A program made the translations under genes and the position numbers. This document shows, piece after piece, positions 11,217-26,069 of a stretch of DNA of 64,000 nucleotides (its first letter is position 1; every line of letters starts with the position of its first letter). Under the pieces are notes generated by a model. That model was given only the letters and a program-made list of their open reading frames with translations, had not been told where the DNA came from and did not search any database. Origin of the DNA: an uncultured Acidobacteriota bacterium (GTDB lineage: Bacteria; Acidobacteriota; Vicinamibacteria; Vicinamibacterales; 2-12-FULL-66-21); contig CAVOPH010000010.1 of the NCBI GenBank assembly GCA_963697775.1, forward strand, positions 11,136 to 75,135. Direction: 5' to 3'.

Positions 11217-11237
11217 CTGATCACCGGCGGAGGGTGG

Positions 11238-11798
11238 TTGATGTTCGCTGGTCCGAAGGTCATGAGCGCGCCCGGATTTGCGCTGCTCGAAGTACTGATT
11301 GCCTCCGCTCTGATTGCGACGATCGCCGCAGGCGCAACGGCGCTCATATCGACGGCGTTGAAGGCGAACCGTCAGTCGCGCGTTCGCACGATGGCGACCA
11401 TGCTTGCGGCGAAGAAGATGGAGCAGCTTCGATCGCTGACGTGGACGCACATGGCTACGAGCGGACCAGCGATCAGCCTGTCGATTTCCGATCTGACGAC
11501 CGACTTGAGCCATGACCCGGCCACAGACGACGGGCCGGGACTCCTGGCATCGCCAGGTGGCACGCTCACCTCCAACGTCGTCGGGTACGTGGACTATCTC
11601 GATGTGAACGGGCGTTGGATCGGTCGCGGGCCCTCCGCGCCCGCTCCTGCGGTCTACATCCGGCGGTGGGCCGTACGGCCACTGGCCAGCGATCCGGACA
11701 ATATGCTCATTCTCGAAGTCGTGGCGGGCACACGAGGACCAAACGGTGCACTGTTGTCCGACGCGGCTCACCTGATCACGATCGAGGCCAGAAAATGA
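11238..11798 (+). CDS. PilV-like minor pilin (copy 2)
   Basis: PG|FALLEVLIA, KKMEQLRSLTW, YVDYLD, YIRRWAV; paralog of 3647..4225. Confidence 0.8.
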   Translation: MMFAGPKVMSAPGFALLEVLIASALIATIAAGATALISTALKANRQSRVRTMATMLAAKKMEQLRSLTWTHMATSGPAISLSISDLTTDLSHDPATDDGPGLLASPGGTLTSNVVGYVDYLDVNGRWIGRGPSAPAPAVYIRRWAVRPLASDPDNMLILEVVAGTRGPNGALLSDAAHLITIEARK

Positions 11799-12886
11799 TC
11801 CGATGTTCAGGCTGGCGTCGATCGGTTGACACGCGTGGGTTTGGACTGATCGAGATGGTGATTGCCACCGCGATCGGCTGTGTCCTTCTGGGCGTGCTCC
11901 TGCAGTTTGCCGTGTCCGCCCACGCCTCCGCAGGCGTGCAGTCCGAGATGGCGGACCTTCAACAGCGGCTCCGTGTCGGTCTCGAATCGATGCGGCACGA
12001 CATCATGCTGGCGGGCGCCGGGCCGTCGAGAGGACCCGGCCGCGGACCACTCGCGAATACATTTGCTGCGATCGTGCCTGCACGCGCCGGCGCTGCTGGC
12101 GCCGATCCTGAGCTTTCTTTCTACTCGGATCGAATCAGCGTGTTGTACGTCCCGGACGATGGTGCGCAAGCGAAGCTGTCGGCCGACATGCCTACCGCGG
12201 CATCACCGATAGCTATCGACGGCACGGGCGCCGGTTGTCGGCCGGCGACGGCCTGCGATTTCGTGGCCGGCACGGACGCGCTGATCTACGAGCCGTCTGG
12301 CGCGGGCGGAGCGCACGAAGTATTCACGGTGAGCTCCGTGGACATTGCGACGAGCAGCCTGACGCCGGCCGCGTCGCTCTCCCGGGCCTATTCCGGGAGC
12401 GCACGCGTTGCTGCGGTCGTGCAGCGTGTCTACTACCTGGACACCACCGGCAAACGACTGATGGTGTATGACGGAGCGCGGTCTGACGTTCCCCTCGTCG
12501 ATCACGTCGTCGATCTTCGTGTTGCCTACTACGCGGACCCGCGACCCGACTCGGTGGCTGCACCGGCTCCGGGCGAGTCCAATTGCGCGTACGCCGGCTC
12601 TCCACCCGTCTCGCTGCTGACGAATCTGGGAGGAGCCGCGCCGCGGCTTCTCAGCGCGGCGCTTCTCACCGATGGACCGGTCTGTGGCGAGAGTCCGCAC
12701 CGGTTCGATGCCGACCTTCTCCGCATCCGTCGCGTGTCCGTCACGATGCGCGTGGAGGCGGAGTCGGCAGAGTTCAGAGGCAGGGGCGGTGCGTTCACGA
12801 CTGCCGGTCTGTCTCGCGGTGGCGTCAAGTTCGTCCCCGATCTGGAAACGACGATCGATGTGACGCCCCGGAACATGATTCGATGA
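11795..12886 (+). CDS. PilW-like minor pilin (copy 2)
   Basis: RG|FGLIEMVIA, ADLQQRLRVG, LAGAGP, DADLLRIRRV, PRNM. Confidence 0.85.
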   Translation: MIRCSGWRRSVDTRGFGLIEMVIATAIGCVLLGVLLQFAVSAHASAGVQSEMADLQQRLRVGLESMRHDIMLAGAGPSRGPGRGPLANTFAAIVPARAGAAGADPELSFYSDRISVLYVPDDGAQAKLSADMPTAASPIAIDGTGAGCRPATACDFVAGTDALIYEPSGAGGAHEVFTVSSVDIATSSLTPAASLSRAYSGSARVAAVVQRVYYLDTTGKRLMVYDGARSDVPLVDHVVDLRVAYYADPRPDSVAAPAPGESNCAYAGSPPVSLLTNLGGAAPRLLSAALLTDGPVCGESPHRFDADLLRIRRVSVTMRVEAESAEFRGRGGAFTTAGLSRGGVKFVPDLETTIDVTPRNMIR

Positions 12887-13560
12887 GGAGTCAGCGGGTG
12901 GGTCCTGTTCGGTACGTTCGTCTCTCGGAACGCGGCACCGTTCTGCTTGCCACGCTGATGGTCATGACGCTCCTTGCGGCGCTTGGCGCCGCTCTGGCTC
13001 TCGTCGTGTCCACCGAGAGCGTGACCGCAGGGAATTACGAGTCCGCCCAGCAGAGTCTCTATGCCGCCGACGCGGGGGTCGAGCGGACGGTGGGTCAGTT
13101 GCGCCTCCTCGCCAGCTGGCGAAACGTTCCCGCGAGCCTGTCAGCGTGGAGCGACTTCAACGACGGGCTGACGATCGCGCGCGCCGGCGATGGGGCCAGC
13201 CTGGATCTGGCGCAGCTGACACTACGCCGGCAGACGGAGAGTAATTCGATGTATCCGACGTCGCCGGACCGTCCCGTCTGGCACGTGTTCGGCCACGCGC
13301 CAATGAACCAGATGATCGCCGGCAGCGCGGTTGCACCACCGTACGTGGTTGCCTGGATCGCCGACGATCCGGACGACCTCGATGGCGATCCCGCGACCGA
13401 CACGAACGACGTGGTCATCATTCACGCCGAGGCGTTCGGTGTCCGCGGCAGCCGTCGTGCGATTGAAGCAACGATTCGCCGCGAGGAAGCGATGGACGCG
13501 GGGCTTCCCGGGATCACGAGAAGCGATGTCCGCCTGATTGCGTGGCACGAGGTGCGGTAG
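12883..13560 (+). CDS. PilX-like minor pilin (copy 2)
   Basis: ERG|TVLLATLM, SLYAADAGVER, WIADDPDD; paralog of 5330..6115. Confidence 0.85.
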   Translation: MRSQRVGPVRYVRLSERGTVLLATLMVMTLLAALGAALALVVSTESVTAGNYESAQQSLYAADAGVERTVGQLRLLASWRNVPASLSAWSDFNDGLTIARAGDGASLDLAQLTLRRQTESNSMYPTSPDRPVWHVFGHAPMNQMIAGSAVAPPYVVAWIADDPDDLDGDPATDTNDVVIIHAEAFGVRGSRRAIEATIRREEAMDAGLPGITRSDVRLIAWHEVR

Positions 13561-13570
13561 CGATTCGCTG

Positions 13571-13606
13571 TTCGGGTCACCGAATCCCGGATCCCGGATC
13601 CCGGAT
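13571..13606. repeat. Short heptamer array (ATCCCGG x3)
   Basis: ttcgggtcaccgaatcccggatcccggatcccggat just after the pilX copy 2 stop. Confidence 0.6.
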
Positions 13607-13680
13607 GGCAGAATCGCGGCCACGACCATAACCGCAGTCATCGTCGGTTGCGGGGTGAATGATGCTAGACTGAAGCGCGC

Positions 13681-15076
<1,396 letters not shown>

Positions 15077-16232
15077 TCCGGTCTACTGCTTTCAAGCCGA
15101 TCGCCAGCAGCGCGCGCGTCAGTTCCTCCGTCGTCACATCTGTGACGGTCGTCGCCGCGCCGATCTTCGTCGGCAGGACGAAGTGCAGCCGGCCGTCGAT
15201 CACCTTCTTGTCGCGCCGGGTCGCCTCGACGATGTCGGCGGCGGAGAGATCGCTGACCGGCGGCAGCGGCCCCATCTGCATGATGTGCGCCGACAAGCGC
15301 GTCGCGATCGGCCTCTGGCAGCGCGCCGCGCGCGGCGGCCAATTCCGCGGCGGCCAGCATTCCATAGGCCACCGCCTCGCCGTGCAGGAACCGCCGGTAC
15401 TTCGTGACCGCTTCGAGCGCATGGCCGGCGGTGTGGCCGAAGTTCAGCGTGCCGCCTGATCCCCGACTCCCGCTCGTCCTGTTCGACGATGTCGGCTTTG
15501 ATGCGGCACGATTCGCGACACGATCGGCAGCAGCGCCGCGGGTTCGCGCGCGAAGAGCGCGGTCAAGTCGCGCCGCGGTTCGATCGAACAGTTCACGGCT
15601 CGCGATCACGCCGTACTTCACGACCTCGTACAGGCCCGCGCGAAACTCGCGGCGCGGCAGCGTCGACAGCAGCGATGGATCGACGACGACGGCCGCTGGC
15701 GGGTGAAATGCGCCGATGAGGTTCTTGCCCATCGGGTGGTTCACGCCGACCTTGCCGCCGACGGCGCTGTCCACCTGCGCGAGCAGCGTTGTCGGCACCT
15801 GGACCACCGGGATGCCGCGGAGGTAGGTGGCGGCGGCAAAGCCGGCGACGTCGCCGGTCACGCCGCCGCCGATGGCGATGATGGCGCTCGACCGATCGGC
15901 GTTCGCGCGGATGAGCGCATCGTAGATCCGGCCGACGGTCGCCAGTTGTTTGTAGCGCTCGCCGTCGGGCAGCAGGATCGGCTCTTCGTCGGCGGCGCGG
16001 CGCAGTGCATCGCCGTGGAACCGCCACACCGTCTGGCTCGAGACGATGAAGCGGCGGGCCGGCACGCCGAGCGGCATCGAGGATGTCGCGCAGGCGCGTC
16101 GGACGATCCGGCAGCGATCTCGATCGTGTAGCTTCCGGTCGATGTGCGCACCGGGAGTCGGACGGCTTCTGTCTGCGGCTGCCTGGAACGCATCGTCTTT
16201 TGGGATGGTAGGATAGCAGCATCAGGAGCGGC

Positions 16233-19378
<3,146 letters not shown>

Positions 19379-21116
19379 GTGCCTAAGCGCCGGATCGTGC
19401 GGGGAGCGCCGTCACGTCACCCCCGACGGTCCGGCTGGCTCGTGCCGCTGCTGGCCGCGGCGCTCGCCTGCGTCGCGTACCTCAACGCGCTCGACAATCC
19501 ATTCGTCTACGACGATCACGATACCGTCCTCGGCAATCGGTCTCTCGCCGATCTGTCCAACATCCGCTTCATTCTCGTCTACACGCCGTTCCGTCCGCTG
19601 GTCAACGCGTCGTACGCGCTCGATCGCTGGCTGTGGGATTACCGTCCGTTCGGCTATCACCTGACGAACGTCGCCCTTCACGCCGTGACGGTCGTGCTGC
19701 TGTACCTGCTGGATCCGCAGAGTGCTTGGCGACGTCATGCCGGCGGTTGACGCCACGCTGCCCGCGTTTGCCGGAGCCGCACTGTTTGCCGTCCATCCGA
19801 TCCAGAGCGAGGCGGTCGCGTACATGTCCGGGCGATCCGAGGTGTTGAGCGCCGTCTGGTTCCTCGCCGCGCTTCTTTTCGGCGCGGGCGGCAATCCTTT
19901 CGGGAGCGTGCCGCGCCTGCGGTTCTCGGCGGCCGCGTGCGGGTTTCTCGCACTCGCATCGAAGGAGACGGCGCTGGCGCTTCCGGTCGTGTTCCTCGCG
20001 TACGACTGGCTGCTTCGGCCAGGCCCGGACGACGCGTCGGCGGAGGCTGTGGGCGGTCGCTGATCCCGTTGATGGTTCTGTTTGCGCTCGCCGGACTGTA
20101 TCGCTTCCTGGCGATCGATGGTTGGTCGAACGGACTGACGGTGCCGTTTCTGAACGTGCTGACCCAGTCACTCGTGATCTGGCGCTACGTCGGCCTGATT
20201 CTGTGGCCGTTCGGGCAGTCGGTCATGCACTCGGTGCATCACGTGACGCATCCGTCGGATCCATTCGCGTGGATTGCCGATCGCCGGCTCTCGTGTTCGC
20301 TGTGCGTGGTGGCTTTCGACTCCGGCGCGTCGATCCGGTGACCGCATTGGGACTTGTCTGGTTCCTTGCCGTTCTGGCCCCCTCATCGAGCGTGCTTCCG
20401 CTTCGCGAAGGCATGGCGGAACATCGGGTGTATCTCGCCAGCGCGGGCCTGTTCATGGCGGTTGCGTCGATTGTCCAACGGGGGGCCGCGCGGGTCCGGG
20501 CGCCGTCCTACTATCCGCGTCTGGCACTTGCCGTCGTCGTCACCGTCCTGTGCGCTCTCACGGTGATGCGCAATCGGGTGTGGTCGGATCCGATAGCGCT
20601 CTGGAGCGAGGCGACGCTGCACGCCGAGGGCATGTGGGAGCCGCATTACGCGCTCGCGGATTCACTGCGGGAAGCAGGTCAATGCGCGGCCGCGGTGCCG
20701 GAGTACCAGAAGGTCGTCGCTCTTCGTCCGCAGCACCGCGACGCACACACCAATCTCGGAATCTGCCTCGCACAGATCGGTCGCCTGGACGAAGCGGAAC
20801 GGGAGTTCCGCCGGGCGCTGACAATCGATCCGTCGTTCGCTCGCGGATACACGAACCTGGGAGCGCTGGCGCTCCTCGCCGGGGACACGACTCGGGCCCG
20901 CGATTTTTATCTCGAGGCCATCGTCACGGATCAAGAACAACGTTCTCGCCCGCATGCAGCTGGCAAGCCTCTACGAGAAGACCTTTCACGACTACCACGC
21001 AGCCGCGAGGATGTGCGGCGAAGCCCGACTGCTTGCCCCCGCGACCCCCGGCGTCGTCGATTGCGTCGAACGCAATCAGCGGCTCGCTGCGTCCGATGGA
21101 CGCTGACGCGCTCTGA
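19379..21116 (+). CDS. TMTC-like GT-C membrane glycosyltransferase with C-terminal TPRs (frameshifted)
   Basis: FVYDD, FRPL, GYHLTNVALH, FAVHPIQSEAVAYMSGRSE, SKETA, MAEHRVYL, RNRVW and TPRs, across ORFs 19379, 19722, 19937 and 20122. Confidence 0.8.
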
Positions 21117-22471
21117 TGAGGATCCTCCACGCGATTCATGATTTTCTGCCGCGTCATCGCGCGGGATCGGAGATTTATGCCTTCGAACTGGCCCGCGAGC
21201 TGAGTCGCGAGGCGACGTGTTTCGTTCTGGCAGCGGAATACGATCCTGCAGTTGCCCACGGTACGTTGCGGTGGCGGTGGCACGAGGGGCTGACGGTCAT
21301 CGAGGTCGTGAACAACTGGGAATTCGGCAGTTTCGACGAAACGTATTCGTCTGACCGCATCAACGCGCAGCTGCGGCACGTCCTCGACGCGACCACCCCG
21401 GACGTCTTGCACGTGCACAACCTGCTGAACCTGTCGTTCGATCTGCCACGGATCGCCAGGGAGCGCGGGATCGCGGTGGTCGCTACGCTGCACGATTACA
21501 CGCTGGTCTGTCCATCCGGAGGTCAGCGCGTTCATGTCTCCGAATCGCATGTGTGCGAAACGATCGACGCCGAGCGCTGCGCACGCTGTTTCGGCGAGTC
21601 CGCGTTGTCGCGACAGATGCGTGCCGGAAGCGTCGCTCGGAGAGTGCCTGGTCGCGTGCTTGGGCGTGTTGCGCGAATGGTGCATCGCCTGGCCCCCGCG
21701 ATAGCCGTCTCTGCCGTTCGTTCGATCGATGGTCCATCCGTGCATGCGGATGACATCCGCCGTCGCCTCGCGTACGGGAAGCATGTGTTCGAGGCAATCG
21801 ATCTCTTCGTGGCACCTTCAGCCTCCATGGCCCGCGAGTTCGTTCGCCTCGGAATTCCCAGCGACCGGATCCACGTCTCGGATTATGGCTTCAGGCTGAG
21901 CGCCGACAACCCGGCCGCAGAGTGGCCCGGGAAAGGACCACTGCGAGTTGGATTCGTTGGAACGCTCGTCTGGCACAAAGGGGTGCACGTCCTCATCGAG
22001 GCGGCACGCGCCCTGCGCGGAGCCTTCGAAGTGGTGATTCACGGCGATACCAATGTGTTTCCAGACTACGTCGCCGGACTGCGAACGGCTGCGACAGGTC
22101 TGCCGATAACTTTTGCGGGAGGATTCGATCGCGATGGGGTCGAGGCCGTTTATGGCGCCTTCGACGTGCTGGTCGTGCCTTCGCTGTGGCTCGAGAACTC
22201 GCCTCTGGTGATTCATGAAGCCTTCATGCGTGGGGTACCGGTCGTCGGTGCGCGGACAGGCGGTATTCCGGAACTGGTTGAGGACGGCGTCAACGGTTTG
22301 CTTTACGATCCGTTCTCCGCCGAATCGCTTCGCTCGGCACTGCAACGGCTCATCGAGGATCGTGCCCTGTTGAGGTCGCTGTCGCGTCAGGTCCCAGAGG
22401 TCAAGACTATTCACGACGATGCGCGGGAATGGGAGCGCCCGGTATCATCGCGTCTGCAGCCGTCCAACTGA
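21116..22471 (+). CDS. Glycosyltransferase family 4
   Basis: MRILHAIHDFLP..GSEIY, TLHDY, HKGVHVL, PSLWLENSPLVIHEA. Confidence 0.9.
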   Translation: MRILHAIHDFLPRHRAGSEIYAFELARELSREATCFVLAAEYDPAVAHGTLRWRWHEGLTVIEVVNNWEFGSFDETYSSDRINAQLRHVLDATTPDVLHVHNLLNLSFDLPRIARERGIAVVATLHDYTLVCPSGGQRVHVSESHVCETIDAERCARCFGESALSRQMRAGSVARRVPGRVLGRVARMVHRLAPAIAVSAVRSIDGPSVHADDIRRRLAYGKHVFEAIDLFVAPSASMAREFVRLGIPSDRIHVSDYGFRLSADNPAAEWPGKGPLRVGFVGTLVWHKGVHVLIEAARALRGAFEVVIHGDTNVFPDYVAGLRTAATGLPITFAGGFDRDGVEAVYGAFDVLVVPSLWLENSPLVIHEAFMRGVPVVGARTGGIPELVEDGVNGLLYDPFSAESLRSALQRLIEDRALLRSLSRQVPEVKTIHDDAREWERPVSSRLQPSN

Positions 22472-22489
22472 GGCCGTGCGAGTAGGCTC

Positions 22490-23429
22490 ATGACCCGCAG
22501 CCGTATCGCAATCATCATTCCCACGCGTAATGCGGGGCCAGATCTGGACCGTGTGCTGTCAGCAATCGTCACGCAGACGGGACGGTACGAGCCTGAAATC
22601 ATTGCCATTGATTCCGGATCGACTGACGGTACGGTGGAAAGGCTGCAGCGGGCCGGCGCCAGGGTTCTCGGCGTCGCACCCGGACAGTTCAATCACGGCA
22701 CAACCCGAAACGATGCGCTGCGCCACGCAGGCGGTGACTATGCGGTCCTGCTCGTGCAGGATGCAGTACCCGTCTCAACCGCGTGGCTTACGGCGTTGGT
22801 GCAGCCGCTCCTGGACGACCATTCCATCGCCGGAACGTTCGCGCGGCAGGTGCCGCACGCACGCGCCAGCCGGGTCACTGCGCACTATCTTTCGCAATGG
22901 GTCGCCGCGCAGCCGAGCGGCACGGACGGCGGGCCCGTTGACCACAGAAGTCTTCGATCGAATGTCTCCAGCGGATCGTCACGTCGCTTGCGCGTTCGAT
23001 AACGTCTGCTCGTGCATCCGCCTGGGCGTGTGGAACGATCACCCGTTTCCGGCGACGCCGATTGGCGAGGATCTCGAATGGGCGCGCGACGTGCTGCTTG
23101 CCGGCTACAAGCTCGCGTACGTGCCTGGCGCAGTCGTCGAGCATTCACACGAGCGCTCTATTGCCTACGAACTGCAACGGACGTATCTCGTCCACCAGCG
23201 ACTGAAAGCGTTGTTCGGTTTGACAACGGTGCCGACCATCGGCTCGCTCGTTCGCTCCATTGCGGCGACGGTGCCGGCCAACGCGAGAATGGCGGCAAAC
23301 GAGCCGTACGGGCGAGCCCGAGCCGTTCTTCGCGCCGCCGCTCTTGGCGTTGCACAGCCGGTCGGTCAGTACCTCGGCGCGCGATCAGCACGCGAGGGGC
23401 GCGAGCTGCTGAGAACCGACGGCATCTGA
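22490..23429 (+). CDS. Glycosyltransferase family 2, rhamnosyltransferase-like (frameshift near 22920)
   Basis: IIIPTRNAG, IDSGSTDGT, FNHGTTRN, VQDA, FDNVCS, GEDLEW, VEHSH. Confidence 0.85.
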
Positions 23430-25724
23430 ATGCGGATCCTTCAAGTCGTTCACGGCCTTCCCCCCGCCGCAAACGGTGGCACCGAGGTCTACACGCGGGA
23501 TCTCGCCGTGGCGCTCGCGTCCAGGGCCAGCGACGACGTTGCCGTCTTCACCCGGCATGCCGAACCGTACGCTCGCGAGCTCTCGATTCATCCCTCGAGC
23601 GCGGGTAGGGCCCAGGTCTTCAGCATCAACAACACGTTCCAGTCATGTGACTCGTTCGAAGCGAGCTACGCCCACCCCGCAATCGAACGCCTTGCGGGGC
23701 AGCTCCTTGATGACTGGAACCCGGACATCGTGCACATTCAGCATCTGACGTGTCTTTCGACCGGGATTCCTCGTCAGGCCGCCAGACGGCGGCTGCCGGT
23801 CGTCATGACGCTCAACGACTATTGGCTGATTTGTCACCGCGGTCAGCTGGTCGATCGCGATGGGCGCCGGTGCAACGGGCCCGAGACCAACGGATGCGCG
23901 CGGTGCCTGCCTCCTGGCGCGTTCGCGACCGGCGCGGCTGTTCAGTCCGGAAGATGGGTGCGTGCCTTGCCGGTGCCAGGAGCGTCGGCCGCCGTCGATC
24001 TCGCGGCACGCGCCCTGGACTTGCTCATGCCCGGCGATGGGTCGCGGGCGGCGACGGTGGCCCGGCTGCGCCATATGCAGGCCGCCGTGGCTGACGTCAG
24101 TCTGTTCCTCGCGCCGTCGGACACGCTGGCTGCCCATTTCTCGGCGTTTGGAATTCCCGGGGATCGACTAATCCGCTGCAATCAGGGTATCGCATTGACC
24201 CCTCTTGAAAGCCTCTGTCGCCCGTCATCGAGCCGGCTGCGGCTTGGCTTCGTCGGGGGGCTTCTGCCGACCAAAGGATGCGATGTCCTGCTCGACGCGA
24301 TCGATCGGCTGCCGTCAGGTTCGGTTGTCGTAGATCTCCTGGGAAGCGATGGCGCGTACCATGGCGAGTCCGGCTTTGCCGACTCGATCAAGTCGCGCCT
24401 TGGTCATCCTTCGATCCGAAGGCTGGGTGTCATCTCCCACGATCGCATGCCCGCCGTTCTTGCCGATCTCGACGTCCTCGTCGTGCCGTCGATATGGATT
24501 GAGAATGCGCCGTTCATCATCCGGGAAGCCTTCGCCGCCGGCGTGCCGGTGGTCGCATCCGATCTTGGCGGCATGGCCGAGATGGTTCGACACGACGTCG
24601 ATGGCCTTCTGTTTGCCGCCGGAAACTCGGACGGATTGAGCGCCGCGTTGCGCCGGCTGCTGGACGAACCGGGATTGCTGAACAGGCTCAGAGCGGCGAT
24701 CACGAGACCAATGTCGATCGAAGAGGATGCCGACTGGCTGCGAACCAACGTTTACCGTCGATTGTGCTCGAGCCGTCCCGCGACGCCAGGCGTCAAGATC
24801 GCTGGACAATCGCCTACGACTGCTCGCGAAGCGGCTGGACTATCGAGTGTCGTCCTGAACTATCGCACTCCCGATCAGACATCGCTTGCGATCAATTCGC
24901 TGAGGACCTCCAGCACACCGCCGGCCGAGATTCTTGTCGTCGACAATCACTCGTGCGATGGTTCTGCAGCAATCCTGCGCTCGGCCTTCCAGGACGTCCG
25001 CGTGATTGAGTCGGCCGCAAACCTCGGCTTTTCTGGCGGATGCAACCTCGGCATCCGGGACGCCCTCGAACGACCGGCGCGGTTTGTTCTGCTGGTGAAC
25101 AGCGATGCCGTTCTTGCGCCAGACGCGGCGACTCATCTGCTTGCGGCAATGGAACAGAATCCATTGCTCGGCATTGCCGCGCCAGTGCTTCTGTCCCGGG
25201 AAGAGCCGGACCACGTATCCTCGGCCGGTATCTTCTTCTCGGAACGCACCGGCCGCATGCGTCATCGGGCCGCTGGTGGCCGCTTTGCCGTGCTTGGTTC
25301 GGACGAGGTCCGCCTCGTTGACGCGGTCAGCGGGTGCGTGATGCTGATCAGGCGCGAAGTATTCGAGAGAATTGGCTTGCTCGACGAGGCCTATTTCTTT
25401 TCATTCGAAGATATCGACTTCTGTCTTCGCGCGAGAGATGCAGGCTTTCAAGTCGGGTGCGTCCAGGACGCGCGCGCATACCATGAGGGCGGTCGCACAA
25501 TCGGGCGGCGGTCTTCCAGGCGAGTGTACTTCGGCACCCGCAACCACCTTCGCCTGGCAGCCCGCGTCGGTCAACCGTCCACTCGCCCGGTTCGCCTGGG
25601 GCTGGTTGCTGGATTCAATGCCGCCTACGTACTACTGTCTCCCGAATCGTCGCTCATCGGCGGGCTCGCCGCGTTTTTCCGCGGCGTGTGGGATCACTCG
25701 CATGGTCGATACGGCCCGGGGTGA
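23430..25724 (+). CDS. GT4-GT2 fusion glycosyltransferase
   Basis: N-terminal GT4 (GGTEVY, PSIWIENAPFIIREA); C-terminal GT2 (VVDNHSCDGS, NLGFSGGCN, EDIDFC). Confidence 0.88.
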   Translation: MRILQVVHGLPPAANGGTEVYTRDLAVALASRASDDVAVFTRHAEPYARELSIHPSSAGRAQVFSINNTFQSCDSFEASYAHPAIERLAGQLLDDWNPDIVHIQHLTCLSTGIPRQAARRRLPVVMTLNDYWLICHRGQLVDRDGRRCNGPETNGCARCLPPGAFATGAAVQSGRWVRALPVPGASAAVDLAARALDLLMPGDGSRAATVARLRHMQAAVADVSLFLAPSDTLAAHFSAFGIPGDRLIRCNQGIALTPLESLCRPSSSRLRLGFVGGLLPTKGCDVLLDAIDRLPSGSVVVDLLGSDGAYHGESGFADSIKSRLGHPSIRRLGVISHDRMPAVLADLDVLVVPSIWIENAPFIIREAFAAGVPVVASDLGGMAEMVRHDVDGLLFAAGNSDGLSAALRRLLDEPGLLNRLRAAITRPMSIEEDADWLRTNVYRRLCSSRPATPGVKIAGQSPTTAREAAGLSSVVLNYRTPDQTSLAINSLRTSSTPPAEILVVDNHSCDGSAAILRSAFQDVRVIESAANLGFSGGCNLGIRDALERPARFVLLVNSDAVLAPDAATHLLAAMEQNPLLGIAAPVLLSREEPDHVSSAGIFFSERTGRMRHRAAGGRFAVLGSDEVRLVDAVSGCVMLIRREVFERIGLLDEAYFFSFEDIDFCLRARDAGFQVGCVQDARAYHEGGRTIGRRSSRRVYFGTRNHLRLAARVGQPSTRPVRLGLVAGFNAAYVLLSPESSLIGGLAAFFRGVWDHSHGRYGPG

Positions 25725-26069
25725 GTCACGCAGGGCGCGGATGTCCGCCTCGAGCAACGCCACTTCTTCAACGAGTTTCTCGATTTCCTTTCGATGGCGT
25801 GAGACGACGACCGAAAAGTAGAGCGACACGAGGACGACGAAGAAGGTCAGGACCAGCAGCAGCACGGCCGGCGGGTAGTGGACGCCCAGCGCTGCCGCGG
25901 CCAGGTCGAGAAGATTGCGCCACAGGGACAGCACAAGCAGCGCGCCGGCGGAAACGATCCAGATGAACGAGTACTCCTCGGTCAGCCGCCCGCGCCGCAC
26001 CAGCTCGATCACACCGACCAGCAGCCCACCGCTGACGACGATCGAGACCAGCTGGACGACGTCAGTCAT
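25632..26069 (-). CDS. DUF2304-family small membrane protein
   Basis: VRRGRLTEEYSFIW, LGVHYPP, LVEEVALLE; follows a GT2 gene. Confidence 0.8.
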   Translation of the reverse strand: MTDVVQLVSIVVSGGLLVGVIELVRRGRLTEEYSFIWIVSAGALLVLSLWRNLLDLAAAALGVHYPPAVLLLVLTFFVVLVSLYFSVVVSRHRKEIEKLVEEVALLEADIRALRDSPRAVSTMRVIPHAAEKRGEPADERRFGRQ

